Source: Eimeria praecox | Lineage: Eukaryota | DNA length: 64,000 nt | Direction of reading: 5' to 3' | NCBI GenBank assembly: GCA_963920595.1 | Contig: OY986950.1 | Coordinates: 1,612,001 to 1,676,000, forward strand | Part shown: in pieces, positions 1 to 15,000 of the stretch | How the letters are laid out: every line of letters starts with the position of its first letter | Numbering within the stretch: position 1 is the stretch's first letter | The notes under the pieces: generated by a model | Seen by the model: the letters and a program-made list of their open reading frames with translations, nothing else | The model's database searches: none | Told to the model about the DNA's origin: nothing | Program-made: the position numbers and the translations under genes

Positions 1-894
1 TTTAAGCAGCTGCACCGGCGCTTTAACAGTGCGGAGCACTAACCTCACTTCTGCAGTGTATTGTGGACTGGCTGTTTACAGCGGTACTGATGTTTGTTGC
101 CTGCCTTAGTTTCAAGCGTGCACCGAAAATGCTCTCACATGGAATGCTGATGGCCGCATGTAGCTGTTTCTTTAATGTGCTAGTGAATGTGTTCGAAATG
201 CAACTTGGTGCTGATTAGTGTACGTGAAGGTCTGCCATGTGATCTGCTCAGGAGGTAGGCGTTTTGTGCGAGCAGGGCGTTGCGTTGGCTGTATATTTGT
301 CAGAGTGAAGTATGCATGCCTGCAGTCTCTAATCTACCGTTGGGCGGAAAACCTTTATATAGTGGGGTTACGTGCTTGATCGGCTGGCTTTGATGCAGAG
401 CATGGATGATTTGCATGGCTTGCGCATTTGCCTGCAGTTTCGCGATGCAGGGTTACAAGCCGGACGGCGGCGGTTCGGTGTCCAGCACTTGTTTGGCCCT
501 CTGTCTAAATGTTGCATGCCGGCTTTTTATGCGAATGCTCGAAACGGGTTTAGCGTGGTTGAAATTAATACGCGAGTGTCTTCTTTTGTTGCTTCTCACC
601 GTCAGAGCAAGGGTGCTGTTGAGCGCATCGCACAGGAAGTGGGCCTTATTTTTGAACAGTTGCACCAACCGTTTAGCAGTGCAAAACAGTGGCTTCATTT
701 CTGCAGAGTATTTGGATCCGGGTGTTGACAGCGTGCCGATGTTTGGTTCCTGCCTTACTTTCAAGCGTGCACCGAAATTCCTCTTGCGGCGAATGCTGCT
801 GGCCACTTGTAGCTGTGCCGTTAAGGTGCTAGAGGTTGCATTGCTATACCGCCTAGAGAATATCAGTTCAGTTTGAAGCTACACATGAAATGCG

Positions 895-3800
895 CGAACA
901 GTTGTGCTTGGGTGCCTTGGCTTTACAGTTCGTGAGTCGTTGCGCTCAGGCGAAATCTGTTTGCCATGCATGAGGTGGGTGGCACGCTGAGCAGGACTGC
1001 TGTGATGAGGTGCTAGCCGTGTCTACGTGATGCATTTTCCTATGTGTGTCGCGCAGCGTGCGATGGCAACCTCGATGTTAAACTAGTACTCCTACTGTAT
1101 CCTCTTTGGACGAACTGCAGCCTTGTAGATTCCTTGGTTGGAGCTGTAGGTTTGGGCTCTATGCACATTTGGCCTGTGCCCTTGTGTTTGACGCAACAAA
1201 TTCGCCTGTCTTGTCACCATGCGTTTAGCCTCTTTGGCGAATGCCAAGGATGGCCTCTATTTTGAAACAACTTGAAATATGCAGACTCACGCGTTGCAGG
1301 TTTGGAACCGCAAATTTCGATTCCCGTGCACCTTGAATCTTCGAGGCTTGTTTGGACTATTTTCTGTACAGCTTCCTGCACCATGGATGCATTTAATCGC
1401 CTGTTAGTGGAGGCGTTTGCTCTCGAGCCAGAATAACGCGCAGCAGGTGTTTTGTTTGCTCAGGATGTGAGTCTGTGTTTTACGTTGCAGCCGCTTGCCT
1501 CGCCAGCATGGCTGTGCAAAGGCCACCTAGACTACTCTGCGGGACCCAAACGAGTCTGTACACTATCGTCCAACATGTAGGATGTGCTCATTTGATTTTC
1601 GTGTTTTGGAGGGCACTCGTGCACTTTATTGATGCCTCAGCCAAGAAGTGCAAGCTTTGAACATAAAATATCCTCGTTGCTGTTGTACGTCGGATGTCTC
1701 TTGTAGCTGAGCAGTAGTCTCCAAGCAGCCACCATACGTTGTGACAGCGATGGGGGAGTATGCAAAATCGCACTTCCTACTGTGTTCTACTGTAGGCGGT
1801 GGAAATTGTATGCTCAATGCCTGCAGGGGGGGTCCTGCTGGGTTCTGCAAATTTCACAGTTGGATGGACGGCGCGGCGGCGGCGCTTTACACCATATGCA
1901 GCTTGTGCGTCGCAGTATCTTTGTTGATGGCGCTCTTGCTAACGCGTTGGCGATCTGCAAGCGTCACAAAGGCCGTTTATGTTCCCTATAGTTGTCGAGC
2001 CACGTATGTGAATATATGAGGGTCGGAGAATGAACCAACGAGTGAGGCTGGAGGCGCCATCCTGTTGCCAGCACGATGATGCTATCTTGCTGAGCGCTGT
2101 ACCTGGGAACGACTACGCTATATATTGTTGTGTATAAACGTTGCCGCCTATGCCTTCATTGTTGTATTCGGCAACGCATTATTGATACCTGTGAATTGTG
2201 TACGGAGAAGGCGTCTGCTAACTGCGTGTTTTTGTAAGGGCATGGTGGGTTTCTCTAGGCACTTTGCAGGTGGAATGGTTTCGGCGTTTCCTGAGTGGGT
2301 CGCATTGCATGTCAAAAGAGTAGAAAACTCTGATCGCTGCATTATGTGGAGCTGATTACGAATACGTGCACACCAAAACGTTCCAATGTGCGTCTGGCTT
2401 ACTGGCCTCCAGATGGCGCCACAGCCGTATGCTTCAGAGTACAGGAGACTAGAAACATTGTTCTGCTGTCGGTCGACATGGAGGGGGCGTGCCAACAGCA
2501 ACTAGAGGAGACATGGCCAAGCTGCTGTCACCTAGTCCATTCTTCTGCTTTCCCGTTGGTGCACCTTCAGGTTCCCAAGGGGAGTGTTGCCTAGTATGTG
2601 CATGCTCCATTGTTAGTATCTATGATCACTCATTGGCGCCAGCGTATTCATAGGCATTACTGTATCGGCATGCGTCGGCGCTACGAAGCCTAGGAGGGCT
2701 ATCGGCCTTTTGTGTGCGATTCTTGTGAATGTCCTGGAGACAGTTGAGCAAGCCACTCGAGGAACCCGGTTGCTGAATTCATGCGGCTGCCGTGATGCAA
2801 ACAGAACGTAATTTTTCTCACTGGCCGACTAGCCTATCCTGCTCAAGCATGCGCTGGATGCGCATCAGATAAGGGCAGGCAGCAGCTTGGAGGATATGTG
2901 TTTGGTGTAGAGCTTTCCCAAAACATGGTGGAGACACACGCGTACAGTTGTCACTTCACTCGGAAGATGCGTTTTACTAATGTTTTGCAGGAATGGATTC
3001 GTTGAGCTACGCGTGCCCAACTGTGCAGTTGCTGGTCTATGTTTAGAGGCAGAGGCAGAATATTTGAGTTTTTGATATCGGCTGCCTTTTGAATCATATT
3101 TTATTTGAGCACCGTAATATCTGCAGACCGGCCATAATGCATTTGGCGAGGGTTCACGTTCCCACTTCGTCCAGGTGTTGAGGCTCCGCTGGGCATGGCG
3201 TGTGTATCGTGTCTGTGTTGGAGTTTAGGTTGTGTGCATAGTTTGGATTTTGGGCTGCATGCATGTTTCCCTGTATTTGATATGGACGGTCGTGCTTGGA
3301 GTTCGTTCTGTTGTTGCCCCCGGCATAGCAATTAGGGACGCAAAGTGCATATTGCCAAACTCATGGCTTGCGCACTCTGCCCAGATGCGGCGGTCTGTAC
3401 GTTTTAATTCGCTTGCAGATAGAAGTGAACGAGACCCGAGAACGATTGCGTGTTCTGCAGCCTAGAAGAAAGCATAGCCTTTGGATGGTGTGCGTTTTGA
3501 GTTCATTCGTTCTCGCGTTGTGTTGGTAAGCAGCCATCCTTCAGGGGTAGACTTGTTTGTGGAACGTTGCTGTCCAGAGCTGTCAACTGTGGATGGGCTG
3601 CGTTTATGGATAGCCTGTGTTTTGCTGTTTCAGAGTTGTGAACGCCAGGGCGGTGGTTTGGTCTCTAATGTCTGTGTCTCTGCCGACCAAAATGCCATAT
3701 GCTTTGTTATAGATGCGGAATTTGTAAACGGTTATGTCGTGGGCGCAGCAAACGCCACGAGCTTCTTTCTTTGTTTCTCATTATCACCATGTGGGCGTTT

Positions 3801-4365
3801 CTTTGCGCATCTCACAGGACGTGCGCTTCGCGTTTGGGCACTTGCACCGGCTGTATAACGGCGCTTTTGCTTCGCGTCTGCAAAGTGGTTTTAAGAGTGT
3901 GCTGATAGAGGCGCTGGAGTTTGTGGTCAAGCTTAGTTGCAAGCGTGCACCGAAAACGCCCCCCAGTCAGATGCTGCTGCCTCCTTGCTGATACGCCTTT
4001 AATCTCTGTGGGGATAGGTATAAAATGCAGCCTGCTGTTTAGTGGAACCTTGGCATGTGATCGACTTACACTGTATGCGTTCATGCGAGCATGGATTTGT
4101 GTTGGGTAGATATTTGGGGGACTGAAGCGTACGTGCCTGCAGTTGCGAACTCGCAGTTACGCGCGGCAGTACAGAGGAACGCCTAGCGTGCGAGGAATGA
4201 GCCTTTCGATCCCGCTGATATTGCGTGTGGGTTCCTGGTCGTGCTGCATACGAAGACTGTTTCGTAGCCGCTTGGCATCCACAGATATAAAATGTAGTTG
4301 AGCTTCACGGCTTGCGGACTAGCGTCTAGTTTCTCGTTTGAAGGTTGCGGCCCTGAGTGCGGCGC
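895..4365. repeat. Higher-order unit spacer block, copy 1
   Basis: Begins near TTTACAGTTCGTGAGTCG (922). Homologous to ~5445-9000 and ~12083-15560. Segments 3630-3960 and 4300-4365 align by eye to the monomer. Confidence 0.85.
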
Positions 4366-5444
4366 TTCGGTCTCGAGCACTTGTTTCCCTCTCGGTCAGA
4401 AGGTTATATGCTGGGTGTTTGATGCGAACGTTCCAAAGGGTTTTAGGGTGGTTGAAATGAATACCACGAGTGTCTTTGTTTGCTGCTTCTCAGCGTCAGA
4501 GCAAGTGTGCTGTTGAGCGCACCGCACAGGAAGTGGGCATTGTTTTTGAATAGTTGCACCAGCTTTTTAACATTGCAGACCCGAGGCGTCATATCTGGAG
4601 AGTGTTTGTCAGTGGTTGTTGACAGCGATACTGATGTTTGTGGCCTGTCTTAGTTTCAAGCGTGCACAGCAAATGCTCTCACGCCGAATGCGGCTGGCCA
4701 CTTGTAGCTGTTTCTTTAATCTGCTAGTATATAGGTTGGAAATGCAGCTTGGTGGTGATGAGAGTACGTGAAGGTCTGCCATGTGATATGCCCAAGCGGT
4801 AGGCTTTTATGCGAGGCACATGTTGCACTGGCTGTATATTTGTCAGAGTGAAGTGTGCATGCCTGCAGTTTCGAAGGTATAGTTGCGTGGAAAGGCTGCC
4901 TATAGTGTGGGTATGTGCTTGATCGGCTGGCTCCGATGGAGAGCATGGATGAGTTGCATGGCTTGCGCATTTGCCTGCAGCTTCGCATTGCAGGGTTACA
5001 AGCCGGACGGCGGCGGTTCGGTCTCGAGCACTTGCTTCCCTCTCGGTCCAAAGGATATATGCTGGGTTTTTGATGCGAATGCTGCAAATATTTTTAGCGT
5101 GGTTGAAATGAATGCCACGAGTGTCTTCTTTTGTTGCTTGTCAGCGGCAGAGCAGGGGTGCTGTTGACCGCATCTCGCAGGATGTGGGCTTCATGTTTGA
5201 ACAATTGCACCGGCCGTTTAGCAATGCAAAACACTGGCTTCGTTTCTGCAGAGTGTGTTTGACTGGGCGCTGACAGCAGTACTGATGTTTGTGGCCTGTC
5301 TTAGTTTCAAGCGTGCACCGAAAGTGCTCTCGCGTCGAATGCTACTGGCCACGTGTAGGTCTGCCTTTAAGGTGTTAGGGGCTGGATGTCTAGGCTGCCA
5401 GGTGAATCGCAGTGCATTGGGAAGCAGCATAAGAAGTGTGGGGA

Positions 5445-8400
5445 CAGTTGGGCGTGCGTGCCATGGCTTTACAGTTCGTGAGTCGTTGCGCTCAGGTGAA
5501 ATCGGTTTTCTATGCATGCCCCGGGTGGCACGCTGACCACGGCTGCTGTGTTAGCCGTGTCTATGTGGAGCACTTTGCCATGCGTGGCGCACAGTGTGCC
5601 ACAGCGCCGCACGCGTTAGCCCTATTCCTATTCTGTTCTGTTTGGACAGACTGCAGCCTTCATTGCGCCTTGGTGTGAGCTGTAGCCTTGGGCTCTATGC
5701 GCATTTGACCTGTGCCCTTGTGTTTGACGCAGCAAGTACGCCAGCTGGGACACTCTATGTTTGAGTGTTTCAAAGCATGTCGAGACTGTCCTGTACCTTG
5801 CAATAATATGAAAGGTACAGACTCAAACGTTGGAGTTTTGGAACCGCAAATGTCGATCAGCGTGCCTCTCGAATCTCCGAGAGTTGCTTTGAGTATTTTC
5901 TGCACAGCTTCCTGCACAATATATGAACTCATATTATGCCATATCCAGGCTGTTCTTTGCTCTCGAGCCAGAATAACGCGCAGCAGGTGTTTTGTTTGCT
6001 CAGGATGTGAGTCTGTGTTTTATGCTGCAGCCGCTTGCCTCGCCAGCATGGCGCTGCGAAGGCTATCCAGACTACTCTGCGGGACCCAAGCGAGTCTCTG
6101 CAGTACGTTCCAACATGTAGGATGTGCTCACTTCATCTTCGTGTTTTGGAAGGCACTCGTGCACTTTATTGATGCCTCAGCCAAGAAGTGCAAGCTTTGA
6201 ACATAAAATATCCTCGTTGCTGTTGTACGTCGGATATCTCTTGTAGCTGAGCAGTAGTGTCCAAGCAGCCAGCATACGTTGTGACAGCGATGGGGGAGGA
6301 TGCAAAATCGCACTTCCTACTGTGTTCTACTGTAGGCGGTGGAAATTGTATGCTCAATGCCTGCAGGGGGGGTCCTGCTGGGTTCTGCAAATTTCACAGT
6401 TGGATGGACGGCGCGGCGCTTTATAACATCTGCAGCTTGTGCGTCGCAGTATCTTTGTTGATGGCGCTCTTGCTAACGCGTTGGCGATCTGCAAGCGTTA
6501 CAAAGGCGCTTTATGTCCCCCATAGTTGTTGAGCTAAGTATTTGAATATATGAGGGTCGGAGAATGAACCAACGAGTGAGGCTGGCGGCGCCATCCTGTT
6601 GCCAGCACGATGATGCTGTCTTGCTGAGCGCTATAGCGGGAACGATTAGGCTATATATTGCTATGTATAAACGTTGCCGCCTATGCCTTCATTGTTGTAT
6701 TCGGCAGCGCATTATTGATACCTGTGAGTTGTGTACGGAGAACTTGTCTGCTAACTGTGTGTTTTTGTAGCTGCATAGTGGGTTTCTCTAGGCACTTTGC
6801 AGATGGAATGCTTTCGGCTTTTCCGTAGTGGGTCGCGTCTCATCTCAACGGACTAGAGAACTCCGATCGCTACATTATGTGGAGCTGATTACGAATACGT
6901 GCGCACCAAAACGTTCCAATGTGCGTCTGGCTTACTGGCCTCCAGGCGGCGGCAGAGGTTGGTGTTTGAATCTGCTGGTGATTTAGAAAGGAGTTTTGCC
7001 GTTAGTGAGTTTAGTGTTTGTGGCCACGCTCTGTGAAGTAGGAGATCTTACTGTGTCACGGTCCTCCACAAGCAACAAACAAGTGCATGCGCAACCTCCC
7101 CTCAGGCCGTCAGTTGCCCAATTTGGTTCCAGCACGCCTTTCGTGAACACAGACATATTGCTGCCTAAAGTGTACACTGTTTTGTTCTGAGTAGCCATGC
7201 TGATTCCCTGGCACCAGCATATTCATAGGCATTACCGTATCGGCTTGACTTGTCAACAAACCTGTGGATACGGGCCTACGAAGCCTAGGAGAGCCGTCGA
7301 CCTTTTGTGTACGGCGCTATGAAGCCTAGGAGAGCCATCGGCCTTTTGTGTGCGATTCTCGTGAATGTCCTGGAGACAGTTTAACAAGATGCTCGAGCGA
7401 CCCGGTTGCCTAATGCGTGTTGCTGCCCTGATGCAAACAGAACGTAATTTTTCTCATTGGCCGACTAGCCTATCCTGCTCAAGCGTGCAGTGGAAGCTCA
7501 TCAGATAAGGGCAGGCAGCAGCTTGGGGGATGCGTGTTTGGTGCAGACCGTTCCCAAAACGTGGTGGGGGCGCACGTATGCAGCTTTCGCTTCACTTGAA
7601 AGGCTCGTTTTACTAATGTTTTGCAGGAATGGATTCATTGCGCTACGCGTGCCCAACTGTGCAGTTGCTGGTCTATGTTTAGAGGTAGAATATTTGAGTT
7701 TTTGATATCGGCTGCCTTTTGAATCGTATTTTATTTGAGCACCGTAATATCTGAAGACCGGCCATAATGCATTTGGCGAGGGTTCACGTTCCCACTTCGT
7801 CCAGATGTTGAGACTCCGCTGGGCATGGCGTGTGTATCGATCGTATCTGTGTTGCAGTTTAGGTTGTGTGCATAGTTTGGATTTTGGGCTGCATGCATGT
7901 TTCCCTGTATTTGATATGGGAGGGTCTTGCGTGGAGTTCGTTCTGTTGGTGGCCTGGACCTAGCAATGGTGGGCGCAAGGTGCATATTGCCAAACTCATG
8001 GCTTGCGCACTCTGCCCACATGCGGCGGTGTGTACCTTTAAATTCACTTGCAGATAGGCATGAACGAGACCCGAGAACGATTGCGTGTTCTGCAGCCTAG
8101 AAGAAAGCAGAGCCTTCGGATGGTGTGCGTTTTGAGTTCATTCGTTCTCGCGTTGTGTTGGTAAGCAGCCATGCTGCACGGTTAGACTTGTTTGTGGAAC
8201 GTTGCTGTCCAGAGGTGTCAACTGTGGATGGGCTGCGTTTATGGATAGCCTGTGTTTTGCTGTTTCAGAGTTGTGAACGCCAGGGCGGTGGTTTGGTCTC
8301 TAATGTCTGTGTCTCTGTCGACCAAAATGCCATATGCTTTGTTATAGATGCGGAATTTGTAAACGGTTATGTCGTGGGCGCAGCAAACGCCACGAGCTTC

Positions 8401-9000
8401 TTTCTTTGTTTCTCATTATCACCATGTGGGCGTTTCTTTGCGCATCTCACAGGAAGTGCGCTTCGCGTTTGGGCACTTGGACCGGCTCTATAACGGCTCT
8501 TTTGCTTCGCGTCTGCAAGGTGGTTTTAAGAGTGTGCTGATAGAGGCGCTGGAGTTTGTGGTCAAGCTTAGTTGCAAGCGTGCACCGAAAACGCCCCCCA
8601 GTCAGATGCTGCTGCCTCCTTGCTGATACGCCTTTAATCTCTGTGGGGATAGGTATAAAATGCAGCCTACTGTTTAGTGGAACCTTGGCATGTGATCGAC
8701 TTACACTGTATGCGTTCATGCGAGCATGGCTTTGTGTTGGGTAGATATTTGGGGGACTGAAGCGTACGTGCCTGCAGTTGCGAACTCGCAGTCACGCGCG
8801 GCAGTACAGAGGAACGCCTAGCGTGGGAGGAATGAGCTTTTCGATCCCGCTGATATTGCGTGTGGGTTCCTGGTCGTGCTGCATACGAAGACTGTTTCGT
8901 ATCCGCTTGACATCCACAGATATAAAATGTAGTTGAGCTTCACGGCTTGCGGACTAGCGTCTAGTTTCTCGTTTGAAGGTTGCGGGCCCGAGTGCGGCGC
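5445..9000. repeat. Higher-order unit spacer block, copy 2
   Basis: Same anchor at 5468. Carries a private ~250-bp segment (~6945-7200) and a 41-bp tandem duplication (7270-7351). Confidence 0.85.
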
Positions 9001-12000
9001 TTCGGTCTCGAGCACTTGTTTCCCTCTCGGTCAGAAGGTTATATGCTGGGTTTTTGATGCGAATGTTCCAAACGGTTTTAGGGTGGTTGAAATGAATACC
9101 ACGAGTGTTTTTTTTTGTTGCTTCTCAGCGTCAGAGCAAGTGTGCTGTTGAGCGCATTGGACAGCCAGTGGGCTTTATTTTTGAATGGTTGCAGCAGCGT
9201 TTTAAGATTGCAGACCACTGGCTTCATTTCTGCAGACTGTGTTTGACTGGGTGTTGACAGTAGTGCTGGTGTTTGTGGCCTGTCTTAGTTTCAAGCGTGC
9301 ACAGCAAATGCTCTCACGCCGAATGCGGCTGGCTACTTGTAGCTGTTTCTTTAATCTGTTAGTATATAGGTTAGAAATGCAGCTTGGTGGTGATGAGAGT
9401 ACGTGAAGGTTTTCCATGTGATATGCCCAAGCGGTAGGCTTTTATGCGAGGACGATGTTGCGTTGGCTGTATATTTGTCAGAGTGAAGTGTGCATGCCTG
9501 CAGTTTCGAAGGTATAGTTGCGTGGAAAGGCTGCCTATAGTGTGGGTATGTGCTTGATCGGCTGGCTCTGATGGAGAGCGTGGATGAGTTGCATGGCTTG
9601 CGCATTTGCCTGCAGCTTCGCATTGCAGGGTTACAAGCCGGACGGCGGCGGTTCGGTCTCGAGCACTTGTTTCCCTCTCGGTCCAAAGGATATACGCTGA
9701 GTTTTTGATGCGAATGTTGCAAACCTTTTTAGCGTGGTTGAAATGAATACCACGAGTGTCTTTTTTTGTTGCTTCTCAGCGTCAGAGCAAGTGTGCTGTT
9801 GAGCGCATTGGACAGCCAGTGGGCTTTACTTTTGAATATTTGCAGCAGCTTTTTAACATTGCAGACCACTGGCTTCGTTTCTGCAGAGTGTGCTTGACAG
9901 GGTGTTGACAGCAGTACTGATGTTTGTGACCTGCCTTAGTTTCAAGCGTGCACAGCAAATGCTCTCACGCCGAATGCGGCTGGCTACTTGTAGCTGTTTC
10001 TTTAATCTGTTAGTATATAGGTTAGAAATGCAGCTTGGTGCTGATGAGAGTACGTGAAGGTTTTCCATGTGATATGCCCAAGCGGTAGGCTTTTATGCGA
10101 GGCACATGTTGCACTGGCTGTATATTTGTCAGAGTGAAGTGTGCATGCCTGCAGTTTCGAAGGTATAGTTGCGTGGAAAGGCTGCCTATAGTGTGGGTAT
10201 GTGCTTGATCGGCTGGCTCTGATGGAGAGCGTGGATGAGTTGCATGGCTTGCGCATTTGCCTGCAGCTTCGCATTGCAGGGTTACAAGCCGGACGACGGC
10301 AGTTGGGTCTCAATCACTTATTCCGTGCGGGGCCGATACTGCGAAAGTTTTTAGCGTGGTTGAAATGAATGCCACGATTGTCTTCTTTTGTCGCTTCCCA
10401 CCGTCACGAGAAGTGTGTTGCTCAGCGCATGGCCAGGGGCGTGTTCTCAGTTTGTTGGAGCATGCAGACACACAGGCGGCGTGCTTCATTTTGTGCTTTT
10501 TGCAGAGGTTTGCCATAGGTTCTGGATGCGTTGTTCGTGCCCCTGCCGGTCTCGTGAGCTGAGTGCGGGTGTGAAAAGTAAAGGCGTTGACGCTCTGATG
10601 TCTTGGTTGTCGATGCTGGCAATTACGCTACGCTGGGCTGGGTGGCCTTCATCTGCATTTATTTCTGTGTGCACTTTGTTTTATGCGATGGAAATGTGTG
10701 TGCCTGTGGCTTTTTGTGGGGGCTTGGGGTGAAAGAAAAATTGCGATTAGCCATTTCAGCACGCTGCTAGCTTATGTGAGTTTGCAAGGCTGGGCTTTGT
10801 GCACTGCAGCAAGAAAGCAACATTTTCGCCTATGCGTAAAGCAAAAAACATAGGCAAGTGCAAGCTACCAACCTACATGGCGCGCCCTTGTCGCAAAAGC
10901 GTTTTGTTTGACTGTGAAGTGCATTGAAGATCGTATGTATAATGGGCCAAAAAAGGCCGAACAAAAGCGGAAAGGGCGTCAGCTCTCTGCGCAGCTGCTT
11001 ATATGTTTGTTGTTGTTTCTTCTGGCTATGCTTGTTCACGTCGTAGGATTTGGTCATGGAGAAGGAACATGGAATCCTTTCAGCCTCCAGATGAGTCTTT
11101 TGCCACACGAAGTGCCTGCGTCCTCTGCATATGGCGCGAGCGATGAGTGTCCAGAAACATGTCCAGTTACCAGCTAAGAAACGGCAACAGACTCGTGAGG
11201 CTGTACGCAGGTCTCCTCTTGATGTTCGTTCTTGTGGGGATACCCTCGCGTTTCAAACGGGTCGTGGTCCGCTTGAGGACCACCGTTGCAATGAAGGTTG
11301 GTGGTTGATCTGACAAAACACACTAATCGTAGTTTTGCGTAGCTTCGCGCAAATCATGTGCGATTAACAATCGTGCCAGACGGAGCACGTGAGTGCCTAC
11401 TACACCCCTAAATGTTCTAGTGATGCGGTTGTCAAAGCCTTGCGCTCTTCTTTGAGTTCGCATTAGGACGTGGAACGTGTTGTGTTTGAATGGCCAGTTG
11501 AATTAAGGCAAACTGTGGAGACTAAAGAGATAGATTCTGCTAGGCTTGGCGAGGAAGCGCGTAGACTCTTATATGCAAGAAATGTGCACTGTTCGATTGG
11601 ACGGCGTTGCAGATATGCGTTTTTAGACAGAAGGGATTTTGAGTGCTCCACAGCGTCCTCAGCCATAGTCTTCTCAAGGCGTTGAACGGAATATGTCTTG
11701 ATATGGGTCGGGTGAAGACCGACTAGTTGTGCTTGCCTGCCTGGGGTAGAAGTCCTGTTGGATTGCAGTGTGTATGCCATGCGTAAGCACGAGGGGAGTT
11801 GTGACCAGATACCAACGGTAAGCTTTCATGCCGCTTCGCTTACTTTCATGCCTGTTGACTCCATGTCTTTGCAGCATCCGCAACGTTCTTGACTCAGAAA
11901 GCAAGTTTCTAGCACCAGTGGAGGCGACTGCATTCTTCCTGTATAAACGCAGCACAGAGCTGAGGCTAAAAGGTCCATACTGTTCTAACTCTTTGAGCTG

Positions 12001-12082
12001 GCGTGTCGCTCTGTGCATTTCTATGCCGCCTAGTGAATCTCAGTGCATTGGGAAGCAGTATACGGAGTATACGAGTGTGCAA

Positions 12083-15000
12083 ACAGTTGTGCTTGCGTGT
12101 CGTGGTTTTACAGTTCGTGAGTCGTTGCGCTCAGGCGAAATCTGTTTTTTAGGCATGCCCTGGGTGGCACGCTGAGCACGCCTGCTGTGATGCGGTGCTA
12201 GCTGTGTCTATGCGAGGCGTTTTGCCATGCGTGGCGCACAGTGTGCTACAACGCTGCACGCGTTAACCCTATGCCTTGTCCCCTTTGGACAGACTGCAGC
12301 CTTCGTGATTCCTTGATTTGAGCTGTAGCCTTGCGCTCTATGCACATTTCGCCTGTGCCCTTGTGTTTTGCGCAGTTCGTACGCCAGTCCTGTCACTCTA
12401 GGTTTCACTGGCTGAGAGAATGCCGTGGATGTCCTGTACTTTAAAATAACGTGAAAGGTACAGACTCAAACGTTGGAGTTTTGGAACCGCAAATGTCGAT
12501 CCGCGTGCCTCTCGAATCTCCGAAACTTGCTGTGAGTATTTTCTGCACAGCTTCCTGCACAATATATGAACCCATTATATGCCATATCCAAGCAGGTATT
12601 TGCTCTCGAGCCAGAATAACGCGTAGCAGGTTTTTCGTTGCTCAGGATGTGAGTCAAGTGCTTTATATTGCAGCCGCTTGCCTCGCCAGCATGGCGCTGC
12701 GAAGGCCATCCAGACTACTCTGCGGGACCCAAACGAGTCTCTACAGTACCTTCCAAGACGCAGGGTGTGCTCATTTCATCTTCGTGTTTTGGAGAGCACT
12801 CGTGCACTTTATTGATGCCTCCGCCAAGAAGTGAACATAAAGTATCCTCGTTGCTGTTGTACGTCGGATGTCTCTTGTAGCTGAGCAGTAGTCTCCAAAC
12901 CGCCACCATACGTTGTGACAGCGATGGGGGAGTACGCAAAATCGCACTTCCTACTGTGTTCTACTGTAGACGGTGGAAATTGTATGCTCAATGCCTGCAG
13001 GGGGGGTCCTGCTGGGTTCTGCAAATTTCACAGTTGGATGGACGGCACGGCGCGGCGCTTTATACCATCTGCAGCTTGTGCGTAGCAGTATCTTTGTTGG
13101 TGGCGCTCTTGCTAACGCGTTGGCGATCTGCAAGCGTCACAAAGGCCGTTTATGTTCCCTATAGTTGTCGAGCCACGTATGTGAATATATGAGGGTCGGA
13201 GAATGAACCAACGAGTGAGGCTGGAGGCGCCGTCCTGTTGCCAGCACGATGATGCTGTCTTGCTGAGCGCTATAGCGGGAACGATTAGGCTATATATTGC
13301 TATGTATAAACGTTGCCGCCTATGCCTTCATTGTTGTATTCGGCAACACATTATTGATACCTGTGAGTTGTGTACGGAGAAGGCATCTGCTAGCTGTGTG
13401 TTTTTGTCGGTGCACAGTGGGTTTCTCTAGGCACGTTGCAGGTGGAATGCTTTTGGCGTCTCCTTAGTGGGTTGCATTGCACGTCAAAAGAATAGAAAAC
13501 TCCGATCGCTACATTATGTGGAGCTGATAACGAATACGTGCGCACCAAAACGTTCCAATGTGCGTCTGGCTTACTGGCCTCCAGATGGCGCCACAGCCGT
13601 ATGCTTCAGAGTACAGGAGACTAGAAACATTGTTCTGCTGTCGGTCCACATGCAGGGGTTGTGCCACGGCCTAGCACGTAGAGGAGGCATGGCCAAGCTG
13701 TTGCCACCTAATCCATTCTTCTGCTTTATTGTTGATGCACCTTCAGGTTCGCAAGAGGAGCGTTGCCCAGCATGTGCGTGCTCCATTGTTAGTAACTATG
13801 ATCACTCATTGGCGCCAGCTTATTCATAGGCATTACTGTATCGGCTTGATTTGTCAACAAACCTGTGGATACGGCGCTACGAAGTCTAGGAGATCCGTCG
13901 GCCTTTTGTGTGCGATTCTCGTGAATGTCCTAGGGACAGTTTAACAAGCTACACGAGCAATCCGGTTGCCTAATGCGTGCGGTTGCCCTGATGCAAACAG
14001 AAAGTAATTTTTCTCATTGGCCGACTAGCCTATCCTGCTCAAGAGTGCAGTGGATGCTCATCAGATAAGGACAGGCAGCATCTTGACGGATGCGTGTTTG
14101 GTGCAGACCGTTCCCAAAACGTGGTGGGGGCGCACGTATGCAGTTTTCGCTCCACGTGAAAGGCGCGTTTTACTAGAGTTTTGCAGGAATGGATTCGTTG
14201 AGCTACGCGTGCCCAGCTGTGCAGTTGCTGGTCTATCGTTAGAGGTAGAATATTTGAGTTTTTGATATCGGCTGCCTTTTGAATCATATTTTATTTGAGC
14301 ACCGTAATATCTGAAGACCGGCCATAATGCATTTGGCGAGGGTTCACGTTCCCACTTCGTCCAGATGTTGAGACTCCGCTGGGCATGGCGTGTGTATCGA
14401 TCGTATCTGTGTTGGAGTTTAGGTTGTGTGCATAGTTCCGATTTTGGGCTGCATGCATGTTTCCCTGTATTTGATATGGGAGGGTCTTGCGTGGAGTTCG
14501 TTCTGTTGGTGGCCTGGACCTAGCAATCGTGGGCGCAAAGTGCATATTGCCAAACTCATGGCTTGCGCACTCTGCCCACATGCGGCGGTGTGTACCTTTA
14601 AATTCACTTGCAGATAGGCATGAACGAGACCCGAGAACGATTGCGTGTTCTGCAGCCTAGAAGAAAGCAGAGCCTTCGGATGGTGTGCGTTTTGAGTTCA
14701 TTCGTTCTCGCGTTGTGTTGGTAAGCAGCCATGCTGCACGGTTAGACTTGTTTGTGGAACGTTGCTGTCCAGAGGTGTCAACTGTGGATGGGCTGCGTTT
14801 ATGGATAGCCTGTGTGTTGCTGTTTCAGAGTTGTGAACGCCAGGGCGGTGGTTTGGTCTCTAATGTCTGTGTCTCTGCCGACCAAAATGCCATATGCTTT
14901 GTTATAGATGCGGAATTTGTAAACGGTTATGTCGTGGGCACAGCAAACGCCACGAGCTTCTTTCTTTGTTTCTCATTATCACCATGTGGGCGTTTCTTTG

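Noticed and set aside
11463..11780. Retroelement integrase fragment
   Set aside because: Only a vague resemblance; no DDE spacing or HPQxxGxxER motif.
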